Source: Sphaerodactylus townsendi (taxonomy: Eukaryota). Taken from it: a stretch of DNA of 64,000 nt. The number at the start of each line of letters is the position of its first letter. Within the stretch, counting starts at the first letter, position 1. The position numbers and the translations under genes were made by a program. The stretch spans positions 17,546,001 through 17,610,000 of the forward strand of contig NC_059440.1 in assembly GCF_021028975.2 (NCBI RefSeq), given 5' to 3'. Under the pieces are notes generated by a model. It did no database searches, had not been told where the DNA came from, and worked only from the letters and a program-made list of their open reading frames with translations. Shown here piece by piece: positions 32,001 through 45,500 of the stretch.

Positions 32001-35000
32001 AAGACAGGCTTTAAAACATTCTCTGATTGACACAAGGATAGACTGAAAAGCTCTGGATGAGCACAAACAGGTTCAGTGTTCTAATGTATATTATAACAAC
32101 ACAGGGTTCCCCTTCACCACCCTCGCGCTCCACGCCCCTCCCGTCCCAAGTAAAAGCTGGACGAACTTTGGCAGACATTTCAATACTGTTGGGATGTTCC
32201 TCCAGGCTGGAAGCCACTTCCGCTGAAGACACTAATACAAGAGCATTCCGTTAATACCTCCGCACTGAATTTGTCTTTTTTTTTCGTACAGTACATCAAA
32301 ACCAGGATTTCACACAGAGGCTCAAAAGGAAAGAAATTTCAGACTGAACAGAATTATTAAAGGGAGGGCTTTGACAAGCTAACTCCTGACAAATACGAAG
32401 GCGAGAAGACAACCGACGCTTGCCAATAAAAAAAAAACCTTGCAGGATTCGTATTTTGGCATCGATGCAGTGGAGAGAACACAGCATGGCTGAGATACAA
32501 TCCGAGCTAGCCCTAGATAGTTCTGCTGCTCCTCGTGACTGTATAGGTGTGCTCCAAGATCCTTTGCAAAGGATCCACCCGCAACTGTCAGACTGTATGC
32601 AGTTCAGCTGAGCTGCCTTGTTTTTCAGTGCCCCCAAGAGATGGCTTGTGTTTCCTGGTCAGAATTGCCAGCCCTGTAGATACCAACCCTACAGACTGGC
32701 TTGCCTGTGAGCCTTGACTGAATGCTACAGGTAGCAAGCAGCCTCCAAGTGACTGCAACAGCTGTTACGTTCCAACAGCTGCTACAGGCACCTGCAGAGA
32801 GCCACTATCACTACCCAATCACCCCCTTAGGCGGCTGTGTTATTCCTGCTGTTGCACGAAGGGATGAGAAATTGCAGTGACCTCCTTGTTTCTCTCCACT
32901 GCCGCAAGAAACCACAAATGGTTGCTGGAGGGCAAACGCAAATGCAGTAGCTCTGATGGGAACTCTGCATGAAGGTTCATAACTGTGCCCAGAGTTAATT
33001 GCTGCTGCTACTGTCCTCTATGGCCTTCTCATCCTGCCAAGCCTTGCTCTTGAAATCCAGTGCCAACTGTGCTAATTCCGCTGTCAACACACACTGGAAA
33101 AAGCCTGCAGGCTCAGCCAACTGGATACAATACTGCAGGGTGCACTCTCCATGAATTACCACAGCGGTAAGAGTGCAAACTACCTGCAGGCTCCACAGCA
33201 CCTGTACGGGTCTCTGTCAGTTATGGATATCAGCACAGCTGCAGGCAATTGCACACTGCACAGGTCCAACCGGCTAAAGTGGCACTCTTAGCCTCCCCCC
33301 ACAATTAGGGATCTTTTGGTATGCCCTCAGAGAAATTCATGCACAATGCTACTGCACCTTGGCATGCAAGGAGCACAAAAACATTTCCCGCCAATACTGC
33401 CAAGGTTTGTTTTCCTTTGCACATGTGAGAACACTTCTGCCTGCCAATTTCACACGCCCACAAATATTTGGTTGCTTTTGTTTGCTTTGCGGTTAAAAGA
33501 CAGAAGGCACTTTTTAAACATTGTGTTTCAGGATGACACAGACCGGGGGTGGGGAGACACAACACGGTGAACCACAATTTGCTCGAACATGTCAAGAACC
33601 ACGACCGAATCCTGAACACCTCAGTCGGTTCCAAGTAATTTGCTTATTTATTTCCTTTAACAACCCCCTACAAACACAGACACAAAAGCTCCCCACTCCA
33701 GTATATCACTTTGGGTTGGGGACAGTTGACACACACTCACTCTAATCTCTGCTAGGCATGTAGCAAAGATCCTGAATCACTTGGTCGTTATGGACATCAC
33801 CTGTACAGAAGCATTCCTCCACCAACCACAATGAAACGAAGGGAAACTGCTCAAGGGCTTGGTTTCTTTCAGCAGCTGCCCTCTGGTTTCAGTGAGGCTG
33901 GTAGGGCAAGATTTCACCATAGGCGATGCCCGAACAGTGCATCAGTTTGCCAGTAAGTTACTGGGATCCAGTGTAAGAGTCACAATTCTACACAGCAGCT
34001 TATTGAACTGGTAATACTGTCTGGCCACTTGACACTCGTTTGAAGGGAGCAACCAGTTCTGTCTCCTGAAATTCCATTCGGAACAAAGTTCATCTGTAAT
34101 AAAGAGGCGTCCTCCTCTACATTCCCTATGTCCCCACCCGGCCAAATCCTCTTTGCAGCATTCTCAAAAAATAAACGTCTTTTGCCAGTCATAAGGAACA
34201 ACTCGTATGTTACACAGAGAACCCGAAACGGTTCCATCACTTTTGAAACACATACAACTGTCAGCATCAATTTACGTCTCGTTACAGATACACGTGCATC
34301 TGTACACATACACAAACACAGGGCATCTGAGCTAACCGCAAGTCTTCCGCAGAGATGGGCTCATTTTAGCCTGTTTGTCTGGACAAGCCCTTTGTTAAAA
34401 TGATCTCCTAGCAAGAGGACAAATGATTCTTCAAGATCCTTTCGCTTCTAAACAAAGTCAGCCGAGCTGTGACAAGCTTCTGGTTTCGCAAAAGGTATGG
34501 CCGGCCCTTTCCAGCGTTACATACAGTTCTGCAGCAAGTGGTCTTGTCGCACCTATGCTTTTCGAACTCCATCAGCTACAGACATACACACACACATAAT
34601 GTAAACACGGCAACATCTCCGTACGGTACCTCTAAAGTCTAGAATAAAGTTATCATGATCATGTCTTCCGCTAGACCCCAAAACTGAATTGATGCACGCA
34701 CAAGGTACTTCCTAGCAAGTGTTTCCAACTTTAAATATTTTGGGGGGAAGGGAGCGAATGGGGAAGACAGGACAGAGAAAGAATCTGCAGCTAAGAAACG
34801 CCATCAAAGCAGAGCTAACGCTCATCTTTGATTGGATGAGAATTTCCTTGGCCGATCCTCACGATACCGACTTGAAGGTTAGCACTGAAGTTACTTAGGG
34901 GCTCTTTCCTTCCTCACTGGTTGTAATGAAGCCAGTTCTGATTCTCAGGAAAAGCATCCAATAAGAATTTTTTAAAAAGTTTCTTGTTTGCTGTGGAGTA

Positions 35001-35049
35001 ACTTGAAGTCGGGTCTTCAGATTCTGTCTGCCACAAGTTCACAGGGAAA
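29030..35049 (-). other. VKORC1L1: Probable ~6 kb 3'UTR of VKORC1L1
   Basis: Repeat-poor unique sequence downstream of the stop codon. It ends in a U-rich block with a minus-strand AATAAA (tttatt at 29046-29051). Other tttatt sites (e.g. ~30445, ~33647) could give shorter isoforms. Confidence 0.5.
31088..31219. mobile_element. Palindromic hAT MITE in the presumed VKORC1L1 3'UTR
   Basis: TIR CACAGGCGTCAAACTC/GAGTTTGACACCTATG; TSD CTTTAAAG (31080-31087, 31220-31227). Confidence 0.88.
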
Positions 35050-38000
35050 TTAATCCTGTTTGTTGGGGGAGAGTTGGCGTTTCCAGGCCTCGTTCAAGTA
35101 AACTAGTCGTTTGTAGTTGATGATAAAGAGAATGAAGTTCAGCAAGTACGTGACAACACAGACGATGCAGAATTCCTTCAGTACAAAGTATAGAATGTAG
35201 GCCAGGTACAAGGATCCTATTACAGATACTAGGGAGGACATCATGAGGACTAGGGCCGCTACTGCACTTGCCGTCGTACCTGCAAAGAAGAACACAGAGC
35301 AGTTACTGCTACTTTGTCTTGGTCTTGAAACCCACCTTGCCAGCAGGGATTCTAGCCATAACATGCACAGTCATCATGCTAAAGCATACCTTAATAAAGA
35401 CAAGTCAACATTTTCAATCATGAGACAAGGACGAAACAGACTTGTTTACCCCTGTTAAGAACTTATCAACCTCAGCAGTAACTCATTTTGAGCCAAATAA
35501 GCACGCAGCAATCTTAAAACACTAAAAAAAACTCCAGTAACTTTTTAATTCCAGATAAGGTGTCTTTGCAGCATAAAGTAATAACCCAACATTCTGCTTA
35601 TTATAGAGAAGGAAGTACCCCAAGCGTATCACGTGATTTGTATTCACTGATTATTCACATATGGACATATCACGGAAGACGACTTAAATTCAGTCATCAT
35701 AACTGCAACTTTTAATAGACAAAAATGTATTAAGATCAACCTGGATCGTGCCACCATGTATCTGACGAAGGGAGCTGTAACTTTTGAAAGCTAGAAATCT
35801 TCTTGATCTTTAAGATACCACTGAACTCGAACCTATGTTTCACTTGTTATTGGTGAGCTGACTTTTTGTCTTTTCTTGTTACAAATATCTTAAATAAAGA
35901 GTCATTTTCTTTAAAAAAGCATTTCACATTTAATGACATCACCGTGACCACAGACTTGGCAGAAAATGTTGGTAGGTTGTGCACTTTCGCAGTTCATGGA
36001 AGTCCAAGATGGGGTGGGGGTTTGAAATAAGAATCATACAGTTGGAAGAGACCACAAGGCCATCAAGTCCAACCCCCTGCCATGCAGGAACACACCATCA
36101 AAGCACTCCCAACATATGATCATCCAGCCTCCGTTTAAAAACCTCCAAAGAAGGAGACTCAACACTCTCCGAGGCAGTGAATTCCACTGTCAAACAGCCT
36201 TGACAGTCAGGAAGTTCTCCCTAATGTTTAGGGGGAATCTCTTTTCCTGCACCTTGAATCGATTACACCGTGTCCTAGTCTCTGAGGCGGCAGAAAACAA
36301 AACAATATAATGGTGCCAGACGACTCAGGATTTTAAAGGTTAAGACCAGAACTTTGAATCTGACTGGGTACTCCACTGGTAACCAATTCAGCTGGCGGAG
36401 CGCTGGACAAACGTGCTCAAGGCACAGGATTCCAGTGAGGACTCATGCGGCTGCATTCTGCAACTTGCAAGATAGTTGCTCCTTTCTCTTTTTGCAGCAG
36501 GGGAGTAGCTGAGACCCATGAGTTGCAAGGGCAAACTTTAAATGTCCTGGGCACCCCAATGCCGCGTACAACCCAGCCTTCAGAAACCCAGTCTCCACAA
36601 AGCCCACAAGAGGATTATGACGAAAGAGTGCAAACAACTTACCAAGCAGCATCTGTAATACATAAAACACAAGCCCGAAAACACTGTTCGGCTGGTTTAT
36701 TACACTGTCCTTCCCAAATATGGAGCCCAGCAGGCCGAACCCTCGACCCCATCTGCAAGACAATGGACAAAAACACTCTACATTGTAAGAACTGGCTTAT
36801 CTCGATTCCTGCTTCAATCAGTCTGACAAGCAGCAACAGTTAAACAGTCACACACAGATTGATCAGTTATACCCCTACCCAACACCTCACCCCCGGAAGA
36901 GAATCCTGCTTTGCCAAAGTCAAGAAAACTGCACAAGAATGCTCCAGGTTAACCTGCCAATTGGCTCCATCGGCCAGCCTGTGCAAACAAGATGCTATCA
37001 GTCACGTAATAGCACAAACAGAGCACTATTTCCCCCAAAGAACACATCCTTGAAAATATGTTGAACTGGTATACAGCTAAAATGCACACAGGAGTTATTG
37101 TTCTATAACACCAGAAACGGTTATACACAAGCTTTGCACACATGTTGAGGAAAACCTGCCTTACACTGTTTCAATCGTATATAGGACTTTTGAGCATTTT
37201 CCAAAATCTCCAGTTTTTCTATCAGCAAATCAGGGGGATAAAAGGAACAGCTTCTTCAGGTTTTTCAATTCTGTCTTCACATCTGTGAACTAAAGTGATG
37301 GGGCCTTTCAGTGGCAGACAGTCATTTTGCTACCCTGATTCTCTCCTGCCACAACCCATGTTTCAGACTTGATTCCCTGTAAGATTGCCAGTCCATATAC
37401 CCAACCTGGCAGGAGCACAACCCTCCCAGTATGGGCTAGCTCTCTTGAAATGAATTGACCCCAGGGAAAGGGGCAGCTTCCCTCACATTAACAACCTATT
37501 ATAACCAAAGAGACAGGAGCTGCGTGGCATAGTGGTTAAGTGCTTGCACTGCCACTCACATGGTCAAGAGTTCGAGCCCCCTGTGGGTCAGATATCCTGG
37601 CAGCTGGCCCATGGTCAACTCAGCCATCCATCCATTTCTTGGTTGGTAAATGAGTACCTGGCTCATAGCTAGGGGGTAAAGAATAGCCAGAGAAAGCAAT
37701 GGCAAACTACCCCACAAAAGAGGCTTGCCTATGAAATCACTGCTCGCAGTGGTACCTCAGGGTCAGACACGACTGAAGGGGAAACTTTACCTTTATAACC
37801 AAAGAAAAGGTACTGAGAAATTCAGCTTCAGAAAAAAAAATGGCCACGTCAACACAATGAATGTTGACGCCTTCTCTGCTCAGGAACTTCCACCAACGAA
37901 ATCAGCACTTTCCCTCTTAAGCCTTAAGGATCACTTCTGAAGTGACACATTCTAAGTTTGACAATTTTCCTGGAATCTAAAAAGACGGCACCAATTGTGA

Positions 38001-41000
38001 ACAAGGTTGCTTTAATCATGCCACAGAGCAGGTAAGATTAAAGGGATAATTCCAAGTACTCTCAAGCAACAGAACTGCTGCCTGATAACTATCTGCCCCA
38101 GTTCTCTGTGAACAGATGTGCAGGTTGTGACAAGGTTCTGACAACCTTGATTGACCGGGACATGAAGCAAAGATTTTTATGGAATGAAGGGACTTATCAG
38201 AGGTGCTTTACAGAAAATGAGAGAACAGTGGCTAGTAATTAGAATCACTCCGTGCTTTATGTCAGTGCACTAAAACAATTACACAGGGCGCTCCTGCGTG
38301 TATTTATGACTTATTGAGAAATTCTGCGTTTCCCACTTCCTGATAAACAAGCACTAGTGTTTGCGCTGCGGACAAGTTATGAATAATCAACCAACATGTC
38401 AAACAGCTAGATCTGCGTCTGGCAGCATCTTAGACACCAGCAAGATGTTCACGGCATGAGCCTTTGGAAGTCAGAGCTCCCCTCATCACCTCTTAACTCC
38501 GAAAGCTCGTACCTCAAAACTTGTGTTGATCTCTGGGGTGCTCCTGGAATTGAATCGAGCAGATCTCTTGTTCTGAATTTTCACATAGTATGGCTTGGTA
38601 ATCATAAAAGGTTGCTGATCCCTGCCTTGACTAAAGGCTCTCCCCTGATGCAGGAGCTAAGCTAAAGCTTCTTTCTGGCAAACACAAACAGCAAAAAAGA
38701 CGGGGGCAGAGCACTCCTTTTCCCCCCCCCCCCCCCCCAATTCCCACCCACTGGCCTACTGCATGCAAAGTCAGCAGTAATGCAGTACTGTTTGCATTGG
38801 GGAGCAAGAGGTTAAACTGCCCTTTGCCCCTATACGATGACACATATAGAAATGAATCTGCTGGAACATATGTTGGTGCCTTCATGAAACCATAATACAA
38901 CCCATAGTTGCAGACCAGAGATCATCCAGAGCCAATCCTCCAGTATCACCAATCAGACATCTCTCAGATTCCCCCATCTAGAATTCCACCACTGTGGATT
39001 ATTTTCAAACAGCCTCATCCTACACATGAAGCCTGTTAGTCGCAGTTCTCTCTGAACTCTCTCCATGGCACCTATCTCACAAGGTGTCTGCTGTGGGGAG
39101 AGGAAGGGAAGGAGTTTGCAAGCTGCTTTAAGACTCTTTAAAGACAGGGTATAAGTCCAACTCCTTCTAGGGAACTAGTGTACCCCTCCACCAAGATGTG
39201 CGAACACCAGCTTTTTCCTGCAGGTCAAAAACCTTGCAAAGTTTAAAAGCTGTGCAGCATCAGAAAAAGCATCTCAAGAGGAGGAGATAACAAAAGCTCA
39301 CAAACATTTTGCCACAATGCTTTGTGGACACCCAGGATCAGAGGCTGGTTATCAATAGCCAACCAGTGGTATATATAACGCTATCTCTTGTGAAGTCAAC
39401 TTTACCTTGAGCGCAGGCCTGGAGGTGGGGGGAAGATCCAGCTGTCTATACAAGTCAGAATAATTTCCAAGTGACCATGGGGAAACCACAGAAGAAGTGC
39501 AGAGGCAGGGTGGGGAATCATTTACTTCAACATCAAACAAAAAGTGAACTGTCCAGTTTCTTTTGGAAGACAGGCAAGAAGCAATTCAGGGTATGAAATT
39601 CATTATTAGAAGATCAAGCAGTTCTATAATTTTATTAAGTAATCAACGTTAGAACACCTGCTTCACAGGAGATATGTAACACTGCAGTACTGCACCTTCT
39701 TCACCCTCTGAACTAGGCAAAGACTGGATCACATTTTCAGAAGCCATCCTCATGTTTTGAGGACTGTCCTGGTATTGCACAGGCCTGTATTTTCTCAGTT
39801 CTGAAGTGCTCACAAGTGTGGGATTTCTCTGAGCGCACAAACTAGCTTTGCCTGATTTCCAAACAGATGGGAGCAGGGAACAGTGTATAGTGGGAGGCAG
39901 CAGGATACAGTGGTAAGACTGCTAGAGCACCTGACTTGGACTGCAGAGACAGTGGCCTGGCTATCATTAGCCCTGGATAAGGTATGAGTCTTTGACAGCT
40001 TAACCAAGCAAACTCTGGCCTTCGGTGTTAGCCTGTCCTTATCCCTACACTATACAGCAGCCTTCCTGAAACTGAACAGTCAGTCAGTTTCGGGATGGAA
40101 GACCCACCTACTACATCACGCACCTGGAGTTCCTGATTGTTCTTCATTCAAGGCAGGTTAGGTCAAGAGCATGATTGACCCAGTGAGCTTCATGGCAGAG
40201 CGGGCTTCCCAAATGACAGTCGGACACTGCAACCACTATACCACACCAGCTCTGTACTGCCTGGCCAACTGGGCTAGTTTTGAGTGTAACTACAGCATGC
40301 CAGACAAGAAACATGTCCAATGGTAGGGAAGTAGCACACAGCCACTATGGATCCCTTTGTTTGCCAAAGATTCACCCACCACTTCCTGAATGCAATTTTA
40401 TAAGCCAAGTACACCTTTCTCCCAAAAACAGATTGGGTCACCGAAGACAAATGAACGTATTGACTGTCATGAGCCAAGACCCACTTTGTCTGGCAATACG
40501 AACGTGATGCTACAACAAAAGGTTTCTCTTTTAAGGTGCCACAAGATTCTTGGTTATTCTTGCTGCTGCAGAAAAAAAAAAGTGTGCTCTTTGGAGTGAG
40601 AAGCCAGGTTGTTTTATGTTGCTTAGGCACTTGTCTGCACTAACCCAATTCAATTGTGGCAGTTCTTTACTCTCTCTCTCTATTACCCTGAACATCTAAA
40701 TATCTGCGCAAGCCAAGTCCACTGCACTTAGCTGCTCACTTACAACCCACTGCACAAGTTCCTGATTTAGTGACAGCAGTTTGCTCATGGCTGCTACACT
40801 GACCTATCAGTCCCAGCCCAAAGGCGTCACACTATCCGCTTTAGGGCCTGAACTCTATAAACACCTCCATCCATTCATTCAGGCTTGACAGTTGCCACTA
40901 GACACAACATAAGTTTTGAACTACAAACCCTGCATTGTAGGAAAGCGAGCCAATACAAGTCCAGTCACACCCGTCAGTGTAAGCAACCTCACCCCATTCC

Positions 41001-42174
41001 TCTCATACTCTCCTTCACATCCACATTCTCTTCCTGTTAGAAAACCCAGTCATACCCCCATTGACTCAAGACACTGAGATTCACACACTCCATGTACACA
41101 AGGCCTCCGCCCTTACTGTCAGCAATTTATTGTCCAGCCCAAACTTACTGTCAGAAACCCACTTTTCAACAAGCTGAAAAAACAGAGAGGTTACATTCAG
41201 TGAACGGGTAAAAACAAAATACACCACATGCAGACTTGTTCCTTCTCTGTATCCTCTCTGTGTCCACCCACTGATGCAAAAAATGAAACAGAACTGATTC
41301 TTCACTTTATAGTCTTTAAGACCTTCCCCCACTTAACTTATCTTGTGTTACTTTTTCAGATTTCCCAGCCTTTACAATGAAAATTATTCCCCTATGGTCA
41401 CCCTGAAGTCATTCCCATTAATATACCAATCTTTCAGTCTGCCCCAGTTATGTCACCCTTCTAAAGCACGAACAACAGCAATAACCTTACCTCCATCACC
41501 AAAAGGCCTCCCTGGGAAGTCCGTATGCTGTGATCACACCAGCACGTGAGAGCAAAGCTACAATTCTATATAATTTTTATATGTAAAAGAGAGCAAAGTT
41601 TAACTTGCCTGAGATTAGAGCCATAGCATCTTACTGCAAGTTATAACTCGGCCCCACCCACCTCGGTCCAAACCTCACCTTTGCCACAAACTCTCTGAGA
41701 GTCTCTCTCTCACGCTATAGTGAAGAATATTGCTGTTTTACCTTAAAAACCTGCAGTATAGGATACAACAAGCACCAACCACACCCTGGGCATTATTATT
41801 AGTGTACCTTCCAAAGGGCAGACCAGAGGTGGCTAAGAGGCAGCGGCTGCAGTTCCCTAGGAGGCTCGCTCTTCGGGCCTCCAGGTTCTGCCCCTTCGGC
41901 TGGCATTTCTTAATGCGGCTATCTGTACATGCCCAGAGACCCCCTTGACAGCGCCCCCTGTATACATCTAGAGGCCTGACCTGGAGGCGATGGCGGCGGA
42001 GCAGCGGACGCGCTCGCTGAGGTCGCAGACGGCCCGGTAGTGGAGGTCGCGGCCCTTCTCGCGCTCCAGGTGGCAGGCGTAGAGGGACAGCGCGATGCCC
42101 GCCAGGCACACGGCGTAGCGGGCCACCCGCTCCCAGCGCGGCACCGACACTCGCAGCAGGACGGGCGCCGCCAT
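35050..42174 (-). CDS. VKORC1L1: Vitamin K epoxide reductase complex subunit 1-like 1, complete, 3 exons, 177 aa
   Basis: Exons 42174-41981 (194 nt, [23 protein letters not shown]...[10 protein letters not shown]), 36752-36643 (110 nt, [26 protein letters not shown]) and 35279-35050 (230 nt, redox motif CIVC, ...[14 protein letters not shown]). Confidence 0.98.
35933..36029 (+). pseudogene. GUSB: Duplicated fragment of the GUSB exon 4 3' end and intron 4 start
   Basis: Colinear with 19836-19932 (offset 16097), 3 mismatches in 97 nt, and followed by CR1 at the same junction. Confidence 0.9.
37516..37792 (+). mobile_element. Sauria-type SINE (tRNA head, BovB/RTE-like tail)
   Basis: tRNA A/B boxes (TGGCATAGTGG, GTTCGAG), tail GGGTCAGACACGACTGAAGGGGAAACTTTACCTTT, TSD TTATAACCAAAGA (37499-37511, 37793-37805). 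Confidence 0.75.
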
Positions 42175-42570
42175 CTTAGCCCAGCCCTGCCCTGCCTCCC
42201 CGGCGGACTCGGCAGAGGACTGGCTCGCGACGAGCGAAGGCTGCGCCACGCACGCCCCTCGCCCATTGGTGGGCGCTCGAGGAGCCACGCCCACCCTCGC
42301 GTTCTCCTCCCTTCGGCCCGGGAACGTGGCGTTGGGCTGCCAAGGGCCAGGAGCAGACCGGCCCAGCGACCAATCGCAGCGTGCGCACCTGCGACCATTG
42401 CGTGTACGAATCCCGCCCACTTACGTGACGAAGCGGGACAAAGCGTGAGTCTGACGAGCGCCTGTATTTGGACTGGGACGGGCGAGAAGAGGGCGTGGTT
42501 TCTCGTGATCATGCTCGCCTCCCCGCTCATTCAGTTACTGAAGCAAACCGGGGTTCGAATCCCGTTTCTG
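41850..42570 (-). promoter_or_regulatory. CpG island promoter of VKORC1L1
   Basis: Dense CpG. CCAAT boxes (ATTGG ~42265, CCAAT ~42370), GC box CCCGCCC ~42412, ACGTGACG ~42423. Confidence 0.85.
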
Positions 42571-45500
42571 TCATAACCTACAATGTCAGCGGGTGTTTTA
42601 ATTTTCCAAACTGCAAAGGCTCTTTGAGACCATTCTAAGGGTTGCTTTATTCATAACTCTAGGAATTGTATATAATTCTCTTTCATTTTACCCTCATAAT
42701 GACTTTGTGAGATAGAGTAGGGTTGCCAGGTCCCCCTTGGCCCCTGGTGGGGAATGGGAGGGTAGGACTGCCAACTCCAAGAAAATCCCTGGAGATGTGG
42801 GGATGAAACCTGGGGAGAGCAGGAATCTTATAGTAAGCCATTGAGTCCACCCTCCAAAGCATCCATTATATCCAGGGAAACTGATCGCTGTGATCTGGAG
42901 ATCAGCTGTAATTTCAGGGAATCCCCAGATCTCACCTGGAGGCTGGCATCCCCAACTGACAGTCAGTGACTGGCGCAAGGGCATCCAGTGCTGGGGATCT
43001 GAATAACTATGGATTTGAATTCAGGTCTCCCAAGTTCAGCACAATTGATAAACAAGAACCAAAGCACCTCCATCGCTAAAGATGAATTTCTGTAGGCAGC
43101 TTAAAAGCTCAAGCAAGCAAGGACAGAAATAGCTGCGGAAGGGTGTGTGTGAAATGTAAGGGAAACGTTACAGGGAGATATTGGGGCGAATGGTCTGGTA
43201 TTTCAGAATAACAATACTATGACTATTTTTAAAAAGTTTCAAGGCTATTATTATGGAGATGTCGTCAAGCAGGCCAGAAACCCAGATAAGAGAAAAACTT
43301 GGAAAATAAGGTGGGAGAAAGTTTTTTGTTTTAAAGGAGAGAAAGCTCTAGAAGAATGTTCTGTGCATGAACCAATATTACTCACTGTTTTGCAGAAAAG
43401 GTCTTTCCCCCAGAGACTGGGTGAGCTTGCACCCTTTCTCTTGCTGGAGTTCTATTTGAATAAAGACCTTCTTCCTGACTGGTGCCTTTCATTTGGCTTA
43501 AAGCACGCCAGGAAACAGCCCAGTTTGGCTATCAATCTGACTGCTGCACTGTACCACACTGAAAAGTAGCTTATATTAGATAAATGAAAACACAACGTGA
43601 TCTATTTTAAATATGTATGAGATAGTTCATATGATGTAACTACAAGCAGAAGAGTCACCTGGCTATGCCCTGTGTATCACCCCCAATATACACATACATA
43701 AAATATAGCGATTAGTATTAAATACATAATTATCCCCTTTATTAATTGTGAGATTACTTCTAAGGCCGGGTTGCTCTTTTCGTGAATGACAATGGTTGTA
43801 TGCTTTCTTCTCTGTGCCCAGCATGCTCTCCTGATTACTGCCTAGGCACTGGAATGCCAGTGTAGAATGTGCAGGGAAGGAAGGGGGATTGTTGGAGAGG
43901 ACAGACCCTTACAGCTGTGGCATCTCAAGGAGGCTTATGGGTTATTTTTCTGCCAGTGGCTGCCAAACAAGTTCAGCCAGGTTGTTGAGAAGCACTTGGT
44001 AGGCTGATGGGCTTGATTTAAAATAATAATTTCAGCACTGGATGTTCCTGGACAGTTTCATCCAGAGTTTCCTTTGAGCCAAGCTCTCTTTTCTCCCTGT
44101 CTGTTCTGTTGGCCATTGTTTCTTCCTGGCTGAAATTACATCACAAAAAGCTTCTTGTTCCTGCTTTCTCTCCCACTGTAGTGACCTTTTTGTGTGTGAA
44201 TATTCTTCAGCACAATAGGGGCTGGCTGGATAGGGGCTGGCTGGAAACCTGCATTTGTCAGAACTGGGACAGAAAATAGTGTCAGCAAAATGGAGGGCAA
44301 AAGATCATGCCAATAAGGGAAAGGCGGAACTGTGAGACCCCCACGTTTTTCTCCGCAAGGCAGTCAGAGCTTTGCCCCATGCTGAGGAGATCCTGAGGCT
44401 GCTCAATAGGAGCAGACCTTTCGATGAACTTGAACCCAAGTGATAGATCAAATACATCAGTTTTTAACTAATTGGATCCTCACAGTGAGTCTCCAGTTCC
44501 TGTCTTCCCATCTGGGCTTTGCTGGAACCCTTCCACATCACCAGTTCTTCCTGTGTGCCTTTTGTTCCTTGGAACAAAGAGGGCTCTGATGGCATCTTGT
44601 GCCTTATGAATGTCATTGTTGTACAACTTGGCCGTTCCATAGGCATTTGGGAAATGATGCGAGTGAATATTCTATGGATTCACTGCCCCATCTGCTAATG
44701 TTCACTGATGGTGCTGTTACTGGAACTATATCATACAATGGAGGATTATTTGTGCAGGATTTTTATTTGGAGGGAGGAGGAGTGATGTCTGGGTTCAGAG
44801 CCTATGGATAACATCAGATAGGAAGAGCTCCTGTATACTCCCAGTGGACATTTAATAGGATCTGCGCATATGTGCTCATATTCAGCTGTCATTCGTTTCA
44901 ATAGAGCTTTGTGCAGAACTTGGAGACTGCCATGGCGAATTGTCCTTTTCCCATGGCCCAGCGGAATAGCAGGTGCAGACAGCGATTCGAATTTGTGTTG
45001 GTTTTTAATATTATACCCAGATAGCATATGAAATGCTCATTAAAAGCAATGTGCCAACAAATGCCAAAATGGATGACAAGATAAAATACTTTGTAGGTTT
45101 ATTGAGGGGGTCCCAGCCAAGAATGTTAACAAAAAGCCTTCTGGAACAAGCAAGTTTCACAGGCCTTGTTGAACGTTTGCATAGAAAATGCCTGACATGC
45201 CTCCGTTCTCTAGAAAATAAGAAGAGAAGAAGAAGAAGAAGAGTTTGGATTTATATCCCCCCTTTCTCTCCTGTAGGAGACTCAAAGGGGCTTACAATCT
45301 CCTTGCCCTTCCCCCCTCACAACAAATACCCTGTGAGGTAGGTGGGGCTGAGAGAGCTCCGAGAAGCTGTGACTAGCCCAAGGTCACCCAGCTGGCATGT
45401 GTGGGAGTGCACAGGCTAATCTGAATTCCCCAGATAAGCCTCCACAGCTCAGGCAGCAGAGCCAGGAATCAAACCCGGTTCCTGGTAAGGTGGTATAGGG

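Noticed and set aside
41738-42576. Long overlapping ORFs (203, 178, 123 aa) around VKORC1L1 exon 1
   Set aside because: Stop-poor CpG-island frames. Only 42174-41981(-) has homology and a proper donor.
43219-43569. 116-aa ORF divergent from VKORC1L1
   Set aside because: No recognisable domain or splice structure; may be chance or a LINE remnant.
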